Below, piece after piece: positions 34,366 through 40,727 of a DNA stretch of 40,727 bases (its first letter is position 1; each line of letters begins with the position of its first letter). Position numbers and translations under genes: made by a program. Location of the stretch: assembly GCA_045534835.1 (NCBI GenBank), contig JAZSKM010000057.1, forward strand, positions 1-40,727. The letters run 5' to 3'. The DNA is from Eubacteriales bacterium. Its GTDB lineage: Bacteria; Bacillota; Clostridia; Oscillospirales; CAG-272. The notes under the pieces are model-generated. The model was not told the DNA's origin, made no database searches, and saw nothing but the letters and a program-made list of their open reading frames with translations.

Positions 34366-36245
34366 AACTTTTTAACTTTAAAGAAAAAACGCCGCCACGC
34401 GGCGAGTATCGTGAGGATATTCTTGCGATGATAGAGGAGGAGTGCCGCCGCCGTCACGAGGAACGCCGCCCTCTTGAGCTTCGCTGGATGCTCTGCTCGG
34501 ATTTCTTTTCGGGGCATCAGTACCGCGACGTAAACCCGTATTGCGGCGAGCTTGAGGACTATAAGCCGCCGTTTGACTATATGGAGCGCGGCGTTTACAA
34601 CCGTATAGCCCCGCTTATCGAAACACGCATTGCAAACTTTAAGTCGCTTGATTTCTCTATGGAGGTTCATCCTGCGACAAGCGAGATGAGCGACTACGAA
34701 AAGAGCATTGTTGCCTCGCGCCTGCTCACGCAGACACAGTACAAGTGTGATTTCCATTCTAAAAAGGATAGCCTTGTACTCTGGAGCGAGCTGTGCGGAA
34801 CATCATTTCTGCTCTCCTGGTGGGACGGTGAAAAGGGAGATGCCGTTCTTTTGGAGGATGGAAAGCTGCTGCCGCTCGGCGACCTTGATTTCGGCGTGCT
34901 GACACCGTATGAGGTGTTGCCCGAAAGCATATACAAGGAAAATCTTTCCGACCAGTGCTCTGTAATTATAGAGCAGGTGGTAAGCGTTGATGAGGTCAAC
35001 CGCCGATTTGGCGTACGCGTTAAGCCGAGAGATGTTGATACATTTGCACTCCTGCCAACGGTAGGCGCAAGCGGCCTTGGATACGAGGGTTCAACCTTCG
35101 CTGTCGGATGTCGCAAGGCCGAAAATTCAACACTTCTGCGTACATATATGGAAAAGCCGTCTGCTTTGCACAAATCGGGACGGATGTTTATTGCGACGCC
35201 CGACCGTATTCTTTATTACGGCACGCTCCCGATAGACGAGTATCCATTGGCGATGCTCCGTACCAAGCGTGTCGCGGGAATGTTTTTCGGCCGATCGGTA
35301 ATTGAGGACCTTATCCCGCTTCAGCGTGCGTATAACGGTGTTAAAAACAAGATACACGACTACATCCGCACGCTTGCGCTGAGTCCGCTTCTTGTTCCCG
35401 AGGGGGCGGTTGACGATATTGACGAGCTTGCTTTAAACGGCGTTGCTCCGGGTGACATCGTTGAATACAATCCCGACCGCGGTGAGCCGCGCCCGCTTGC
35501 AACAAACAATCTGCCAAGCGGAGTGTTTGAGGAATGTGAAAATCTCTCTCACGAGATGGAGTATGTGGCAGGGCTTTCTCACCTTGGTGCTACGGGCAAT
35601 CAGACAACAAGCCTTAACAGCGCAAGCGCGATTGAAAGGCTTCGCGAAATAGACGGTGTGCGCCTTGCCCTTACGGGTGATGCTATACGCGCGGCGATTT
35701 TAGCGGCGGCTAAAATCTGGCTGAAGCTCTACAAGGTACACGGCGGTATAACGCATATCGAAAAACTTTCGGGCGCATACGATACGAGCGCAACGTTCAC
35801 TTGGTGCGGTGAGGATATAAACTCATACGATATTGTGTACGAGAGTGAAAATGCACTGCTCCACAGTGACGAGTCGCGGCTTGCCGCTATAAAAAGCGGA
35901 ATAGAGATGGGACTTTTCAATGGCGAAGACGGAAAAATTCCGCGTAGCGTGCGTAAAAAACTGCTGTGCAGAATGCATATCGGCGATTTTGTGAGAACTC
36001 TTTATGAGGACGACCTGCAGTCGGCGGCGGCAAGACGTGAAAACGGCGAGCTTTGTCGTGGAGAGCGGCTTGACGTAACCCCGTATGACGACCACGAAAT
36101 TCATATATCCGAGCACAGACGTGCCGCGCTTGAATACGGCTATTCAAAAACGCGCCGCGAAAATCCCATACGCGGTGCGGCGCTTGAAGAACATATAAAG
36201 GCGCATATGTGCCTTGTGAAAGGAGAAGAAAATGGCGGAGAATAA
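34362..36245 (+). CDS. phage portal protein (putative, large)
   Basis: 627 aa, located after terL and before the scaffold and capsid genes. The N-terminal W..C.DFF.G.QY motif resembles the portal-family N..FY.G.QW block. Confidence 0.65.
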   Translation: MKLFNFKEKTPPRGEYREDILAMIEEECRRRHEERRPLELRWMLCSDFFSGHQYRDVNPYCGELEDYKPPFDYMERGVYNRIAPLIETRIANFKSLDFSMEVHPATSEMSDYEKSIVASRLLTQTQYKCDFHSKKDSLVLWSELCGTSFLLSWWDGEKGDAVLLEDGKLLPLGDLDFGVLTPYEVLPESIYKENLSDQCSVIIEQVVSVDEVNRRFGVRVKPRDVDTFALLPTVGASGLGYEGSTFAVGCRKAENSTLLRTYMEKPSALHKSGRMFIATPDRILYYGTLPIDEYPLAMLRTKRVAGMFFGRSVIEDLIPLQRAYNGVKNKIHDYIRTLALSPLLVPEGAVDDIDELALNGVAPGDIVEYNPDRGEPRPLATNNLPSGVFEECENLSHEMEYVAGLSHLGATGNQTTSLNSASAIERLREIDGVRLALTGDAIRAAILAAAKIWLKLYKVHGGITHIEKLSGAYDTSATFTWCGEDINSYDIVYESENALLHSDESRLAAIKSGIEMGLFNGEDGKIPRSVRKKLLCRMHIGDFVRTLYEDDLQSAAARRENGELCRGERLDVTPYDDHEIHISEHRRAALEYGYSKTRRENPIRGAALEEHIKAHMCLVKGEENGGE

Positions 36246-36774
36246 GATTTCCACACTTGACTTTGGCGCGCTTGCTTCGCTTAGCGAGGAGGAACGCACG
36301 GCGGCAATTGCCGCGTATTCGGCAGAGGTAGAGGCACACGCGGCCGCACTCGCCGAGGAAAAGTACGGCGGTGAGCTTCGCGAGGCAAAGTATGCTTCGG
36401 CAAAGTACAGGCTCGCAACCGATAAAAGTCTTGGCGGCTTTGGCGAGCGTATCGAAGCGATAGAGGCTATCCTTGCAAATACGCCAGCACTTGAAGGGCT
36501 TTCTGACGAGGAAAAGCTCCGTACTGCTTACTATATAGACCGCGGTATGCGTGCCGACGAGGCACCGACTGCCGAGTCACTGCTTATGCAGCTTAAGAGC
36601 AATCCCGAGGCGATGCGCCTTTGCGAGGCGGCAATACTCGAAAAGCTTCGCGCAGAGCAAAGACCGAACATTTCTGCAACAAGCGGAAGCGCGAGTGTCC
36701 CATTGACACCGCAGAAAAAGCCTAAGAGCATTGATGAAGCATCGGTGCTTGCAAGACAGGCTTTCGGAATATAA
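36232..36774 (+). CDS. phage scaffolding-like protein
   Basis: 180 aa, acidic, Ala/Glu-rich and predicted helical. It lies between the portal and capsid genes and overlaps the portal gene by 14 nt. Confidence 0.55.
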   Translation: MAENKISTLDFGALASLSEEERTAAIAAYSAEVEAHAAALAEEKYGGELREAKYASAKYRLATDKSLGGFGERIEAIEAILANTPALEGLSDEEKLRTAYYIDRGMRADEAPTAESLLMQLKSNPEAMRLCEAAILEKLRAEQRPNISATSGSASVPLTPQKKPKSIDEASVLARQAFGI

Positions 36775-36802
36775 TTTTAAAATTTGAAAGGAAATAAATA
36801 TT

Positions 36803-37993
36803 ATGGCACAGATTCTTACCAAGCTTGAGGCAATTCTTAAGGACAAGTATCAGCCTGCACTTACCAACCAGATTAACACCGAGCCTTCTCCTTTTCTTGA
36901 AAAGATAAAGAAGGTTGCGCTCACTAACAACACCATCAAGTGTGCGGCACCCGTCGGTATCAACGGCGGCTTCGGCTTTGGCGCAGAGGGCGTAGGCACT
37001 CCCAAGGCAGGCGCACAGCGTTATACCCGTTTTGAAATCGATGCGGTTGATATGTATGTTGACCTGCAGATTTCCAATAAGACCATAGAGCTTGCAAGCA
37101 GCAACGCATCCTCTATGATAAATGCGCTTGACAGCGAAATCAAGGGTTCCTATGCGGCTGCTAAATGGAATATCGGCAGAGCGCTTTTCGGTGACGGCAG
37201 CGGAAAGCTTGCTACTGTAACCGGCATTGCTACCTCCGGTGCAAATACCGTGCTTACTCTTGACAGTGTAAAGCGCGTTATCGAGGGACTTTCCATAGAC
37301 CTTTACGATGCTTCCGCAACAAGTGCGGCGGCACTTGTCAGCGGCAACGGCGGTCACAGAATCATAAGCGTTGACCGCACTGCTAAGACAGTAACCGTTG
37401 AGGGCACTCTCACTCTTGGCGAGGGAAGCGGCTTTATCACCGTTCAGGGCAGCTTTAACCGCGAGCTTTGCGGTCTTGGCGCAATTTTCGGTGACTGCGA
37501 AAAGCTCTACGGCCTTACTAAGGCTGAAAATCCTTGGATTTGTCCCACTACGGTTGATGCAGGCGGCGACATCACCGACCTTGTTCTTTATCGCGGCATC
37601 AAGGAGGCAAAGGACTATAAGGGTTCTAATATCGACCTCATTATGATGGGCGACAATGCATTCCTTGCTTATCAGGACTACATCCACACCAACAACGTAA
37701 CCGTTACTGACAAGTATCACTTTGTCGGCGGCGCAGTTGGCTACAAGATTCTTGTAGGCTCAAATGAGGTTGTTATCGTAAACGAGCGCTTTGTACCCGA
37801 AAACGAGGTATGGGGCGTTGACACCTCTGCGTTCTATCTCGAAGCAACTCCCTGGAACTTTATGGAAAAGGACGGCGGCGTATTCGTTCCGATGCCCGAC
37901 ACCTCTATTTTCCGCGCACTTCTTGCTTCTTACGGCAATCTTATGTGCGTAAATCCCGGCGGCTGTGTTCGCTTTGTAAACGCGGCACAGTAA
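36803..37993 (+). CDS. phage major capsid protein (putative)
   Basis: 396 aa, immediately after the scaffold-like gene and followed by a strong terminator. Its codon usage resembles that of a highly expressed gene. No protease gene is present, which is consistent with a scaffold-dependent capsid. Confidence 0.65.
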   Translation: MAQILTKLEAILKDKYQPALTNQINTEPSPFLEKIKKVALTNNTIKCAAPVGINGGFGFGAEGVGTPKAGAQRYTRFEIDAVDMYVDLQISNKTIELASSNASSMINALDSEIKGSYAAAKWNIGRALFGDGSGKLATVTGIATSGANTVLTLDSVKRVIEGLSIDLYDASATSAAALVSGNGGHRIISVDRTAKTVTVEGTLTLGEGSGFITVQGSFNRELCGLGAIFGDCEKLYGLTKAENPWICPTTVDAGGDITDLVLYRGIKEAKDYKGSNIDLIMMGDNAFLAYQDYIHTNNVTVTDKYHFVGGAVGYKILVGSNEVVIVNERFVPENEVWGVDTSAFYLEATPWNFMEKDGGVFVPMPDTSIFRALLASYGNLMCVNPGGCVRFVNAAQ

Positions 37994-38003
37994 GCAACTA
38001 AAA

Positions 38004-38030
38004 GAAGGGGCGATTTTATCGCCCCTTTTT
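38004..38030 (+). terminator. rho-independent terminator after the capsid gene
   Basis: Stem aaggggcgat / atcgcccctt followed by a T-run. Confidence 0.85.
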
Positions 38031-38050
38031 GAAAAGAGAAAGGAGCTATT

Positions 38051-38392
38051 ATGGAACTTAAAAAGTTATACCGCGATGCCGTTATACTCTGCAAAAAGGA
38101 ACTGCCGCTTAACGACTTTTTGCTCTGGTGCGACATAGCGGCGCGAGCGTTTTTAGGCAGGTATCCTAAAAAGCTGCTCCTGCCTAAGGGTGAGTACATT
38201 ACACCAAGGTCGATTTCAGACAGACTTATGATAGACACAGAATTTTACAATGCAGTGCTTTACTTTGTAGCAGGCGGTTTTTGCGCTGATGCGGGATATC
38301 GCTCACAAGCAGAAGAAGCGGCAAATGCCGCATATCTTAAGCTCTGGCGCGAAAGCGCGCGCGGCAAACGTATGAAAGGAGATGTATGGTGA
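38051..38392 (+). CDS. phage structural-module protein, unknown function
   Basis: 113 aa, with AAAGGAG upstream. It overlaps the next gene by 7 nt. Confidence 0.6.
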   Translation: MELKKLYRDAVILCKKELPLNDFLLWCDIAARAFLGRYPKKLLLPKGEYITPRSISDRLMIDTEFYNAVLYFVAGGFCADAGYRSQAEEAANAAYLKLWRESARGKRMKGDVW

Positions 38393-38934
38393 TGAAGCCC
38401 GTTGATTTGATAAATGAAATTACATCTTCTTTTGAAAACGCATTGCCGCCAAGGGTTGACTATATTGTCACAGAATACAATTCGCTTATTAAAACGCTTT
38501 TGCTTATGCTTCCAGACAGTGACGGTGTTTTAAAGGTGACGGCTGATGGCGGTGTGCTACAGACAGACCTTAGCGCACAGCAGATAAAGAGAGTTCTCTG
38601 GAAAAACAGCGAGCTTTTGCGCGCGAGTGACACTCTGCGCAGTGTCCTGCCCGGAGGTATGCTGTATACGCCTAAGGACAACCTCATTTATGTTACAGTC
38701 AGTGGTGAGTGTACGGTGTTTTACCGAGTGCTTCCCGAAGATGTTACCGCAGAAAGCCTTGATGCGGCAGAGTTCACGCTCGACTCAAAGTACATTCCTC
38801 TCGTGCGCGCGTGGCTGTGGCACAGAGTCTACCTCTATGTTGGCGATATTGACAGCGCAAACGTTTACGCAGAGGAGTTTAACCGCCTGCTCGAAGAGTA
38901 TAAGGTTGAAAACGGGGTGGCGGTGTGCGCATAG
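38386..38934 (+). CDS. phage structural-module protein, candidate head-to-tail adaptor
   Basis: 182 aa. Its size and its position between the capsid gene and the large tail-hub-like ORF are comparable to P22 gp4 and T7 gp11. There is no motif-level support. Confidence 0.45.
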   Translation: MVMKPVDLINEITSSFENALPPRVDYIVTEYNSLIKTLLLMLPDSDGVLKVTADGGVLQTDLSAQQIKRVLWKNSELLRASDTLRSVLPGGMLYTPKDNLIYVTVSGECTVFYRVLPEDVTAESLDAAEFTLDSKYIPLVRAWLWHRVYLYVGDIDSANVYAEEFNRLLEEYKVENGVAVCA

Positions 38935-40727
38935 GAGATTTAAAGAAATTCACCGCGAAAGTCAGTAAAAAGGCTATTGATATACAGCGCTTTTCAGGTT
39001 TGGATGCGGGAAGCTGTGTGCGCGGCGGACTTAAAGACACGGATAATGTGACTGTGCTTGGCGGCGGTGCCGTAAAGTCTATGCTCACGGCGAAAAATAT
39101 TGATGTCGGAGTCAGCCCGTCGTATGCGGGGGTGTACACATACACCTCGACATACGACCCGTCGTATGAAATATACACAACTCCCGAGTGGGTGTATGCT
39201 CACATCTGTCCTGAAAGCGTGCTAAACTACGATATAGGCGTAACAAGTGCATCAAGAGTGCTTGTGGCGGACGGCGGACTTAAGGGAAAGACTAAGGAAG
39301 GGTACAGAAACGTCATCGCGGCATTTGCCGAGGGTGAGGATGTGTATATTTTCTACGACGCCGCCTGCAATATCATCGACCAGCGGCGCATTGAGGAGTT
39401 TTCTAAGGTAGGCACGGGTATCGTTTCGCAGTATTACAGCGGCGAGTCGGAGGAGGACGGCACATCGACAGTCATATATACGGTGACACAGCTCTGGCTC
39501 GATGTAATCAAGGACGGAAAAATCACGACATCACTTGTAGATGCATCTCTTAAAAAGCGCAAATTGCTAAACAGCTCATATGACAAAGCCACTCTTATAA
39601 GTGCGGATAACAAGAATTTTAAATACGCATCTACCTCTTACCTTCCGTCGCTCGGTGTTGCATACAGTGCATCGCCTGACAAGGTGTACAGAGATGTGTA
39701 TCCTACGCTTGCAACGGCTTATACGGCGGAAAGCACTCTCGGCAACGAAAGAAGACAGATCGTGCGCTACAGAAACAGAAAGAATTCTACGGCACCCTAC
39801 GGCAGTGAAGGAGAAAAACTGCTTATGCTGCCGGATATGCGCCTAATAAACAATCAGAGTGGTAGTTGGTCGCTTGAGGCAAAGACCACTCTCATACCCG
39901 TGATGGACGGTGCCGTACAGCATTTTGAAAGACTCTTTGGCTATAAAGGGGACAAGCTGTATGCATCAAGCGTTGGTGACTGCACCGATTATACCGAGGG
40001 GGTTGACAATATCCCGTCAACCGCCGCGTGGCAGACGGTTACCTCCGACCGCGGCGGCTTTACGGCGATAGCCTCCTTTGACGGCAAGGTGGTTGCGTTT
40101 ACCGCGCAGAGTATGATGACCGTACGCGGAACTGAGCTTCCGCTCTCGGTTTCGTATATCGGCGCATACGGATGCAAAAGTCAGGCAGGACTCGCCGTTT
40201 GCGGCGGCTGTTTGTACTTCGCATCATTTGACGGCATATACCGTTATAACGGTAGCAGTGTTCAGTGCATCAGCGGCGCTTTGCCAAAAGGAATAGCGTA
40301 TGAAAACGCAAGTATTTCTGTCGCTAAGGGAATGGTTACAGTGCTGTTTGAAGAATATGACGGTCTTTATCTTTACGAGCCGCTAAGCGGCAACTGGACA
40401 CGCCAAAGAGGGAACAGCCTTACTGCAATATCGCCTGACGGCGATGGGGGAAAGCTGTTGTACTATGAAAACGGATACAAGCTCTATGACATTTTTGCGA
40501 GTGTCGGCGACTGTTCATTTTCTCTGCTGCTTGGCGGCGGGGAAAGAAAGCGTATCTGTACGGTTACTGTAACCGCGTACCTTGCACACGGCGCAAGCCT
40601 TTCACTTATGGGAAAAGACGGCAGCGCGGTTATGCGTATGGTTGGCAGCAGTGAAACCATAACGCGGAGCTATGTTTTTAAAAACGGTTATTTTGACAGC
40701 GAGGCATTGCATTTTGAGGGATACGGC
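38925..40727 (+). CDS. large phage structural protein, candidate tail hub/nozzle with beta-propeller-like repeats (5' partial view, no stop in window)
   Basis: I verified by hand, codon by codon, that this frame is open from the stop at 38907-38909 to the last base. The first start is GTG 38925, overlapping the previous gene by 10 nt. The ORF is absent from the supplied track. Confidence 0.75.
   Translation, partial: MRIGDLKKFTAKVSKKAIDIQRFSGLDAGSCVRGGLKDTDNVTVLGGGAVKSMLTAKNIDVGVSPSYAGVYTYTSTYDPSYEIYTTPEWVYAHICPESVLNYDIGVTSASRVLVADGGLKGKTKEGYRNVIAAFAEGEDVYIFYDAACNIIDQRRIEEFSKVGTGIVSQYYSGESEEDGTSTVIYTVTQLWLDVIKDGKITTSLVDASLKKRKLLNSSYDKATLISADNKNFKYASTSYLPSLGVAYSASPDKVYRDVYPTLATAYTAESTLGNERRQIVRYRNRKNSTAPYGSEGEKLLMLPDMRLINNQSGSWSLEAKTTLIPVMDGAVQHFERLFGYKGDKLYASSVGDCTDYTEGVDNIPSTAAWQTVTSDRGGFTAIASFDGKVVAFTAQSMMTVRGTELPLSVSYIGAYGCKSQAGLAVCGGCLYFASFDGIYRYNGSSVQCISGALPKGIAYENASISVAKGMVTVLFEEYDGLYLYEPLSGNWTRQRGNSLTAISPDGDGGKLLYYENGYKLYDIFASVGDCSFSLLLGGGERKRICTVTVTAYLAHGASLSLMGKDGSAVMRMVGSSETITRSYVFKNGYFDSEALHFEGYG

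Larger units (their letters stand above)
32316..40727 (+). mobile_element. phage-derived morphogenesis module (prophage, remnant or domesticated element), truncated by the window end
   Basis: Nine to ten co-directional genes, tightly packed or overlapping, in the order terS-terL-portal-scaffold-capsid-neck/tail. Confidence 0.8.

Noticed and set aside
36722-37720. A 332-aa minus-strand ORF antisense to the capsid gene.
   Set aside because: It interrupts an otherwise uniformly plus-strand, overlapping phage late operon. It is a codon-bias artefact like the others.
40671-40727. Possible frameshift or homopolymer error near the window end (gtttttaaaacgg). The -1 frame after the A-run reads NGYFDSEALHFEGYG, which looks as protein-like as the in-frame continuation TVILTARHCILRDT.
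   Set aside because: About 15 codons is far too little to judge. The -1 frame has a TAA immediately upstream and the site is not a canonical X XXY YYZ slippery heptamer. By my count the printed sequence ends at 40726 rather than 40727, so I cannot exclude a formatting artefact.
1-40727. CRISPR arrays, rRNA/tRNA genes, IS elements/transposases, integrases, reverse transcriptases, restriction-modification systems or other known defence systems.
   Set aside because: I saw no regularly spaced direct repeats, no RNA-gene consensus sequences, and no ORFs with the corresponding catalytic motifs on either strand. Absence by eye is not proof; tRNAscan-SE, Infernal, and DefenseFinder or PADLOC should be run.

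Overview
The window looks like a chromosomal segment of a Firmicutes/Clostridia-type genome. The evidence is the dcw-distal gene set, an SLH surface protein, GGAGG-type ribosome-binding sites and strong CTT/GCN codon bias. A gut Oscillospiraceae/Ruminococcaceae-like host is a guess that cannot be verified here.

Positions 1 to about 32 kb are mostly core genes. In order they are: an alpha/beta hydrolase, miaA, a HlyD-like membrane protein, yggS(ylmE)-sepF-ylmH-divIVA, lspA, rluD and ktrBA. Next come a complete LivJHMGF branched-chain amino-acid ABC importer followed by azlCD, a Zn-dependent dehydrogenase with an RpiR regulator, and ung. After that are a DUF2975-like/XRE-HTH/DUF4153-like membrane operon, two tandem paralogous membrane proteins, a metallophosphoesterase, tmcAL-DUF1294 divergent from ackA, a COG2984-type ABC transporter, and two envelope genes (a membrane-anchored repeat/coiled-coil protein and an SLH protein).

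From about 32.3 kb to the window end lies a co-directional phage morphogenesis module: terS, terL, two tiny ORFs, portal, scaffold, capsid, two small proteins and a large ORF open to the window end. That last ORF is missing from the supplied ORF track. The module starts abruptly, with no integrase, lysogeny, replication or lysis genes upstream.

Other items worth a second look:
- a 180-bp insertion at the 3' end of ackA that duplicates the last nine codons plus the stop codon, differing only by synonymous changes;
- a GC-rich nested palindrome in the unusually long (about 620 nt) ackA-to-ABC spacer;
- the tandem membrane-protein paralogs, which share a DSVF C-terminus;
- a pair of 14-nt direct repeats in the divergent promoter region of the HTH operon.

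I found no rRNA, tRNA, CRISPR array, transposase or recognisable defence-system gene. All family assignments rest on motifs read by eye and need database confirmation.
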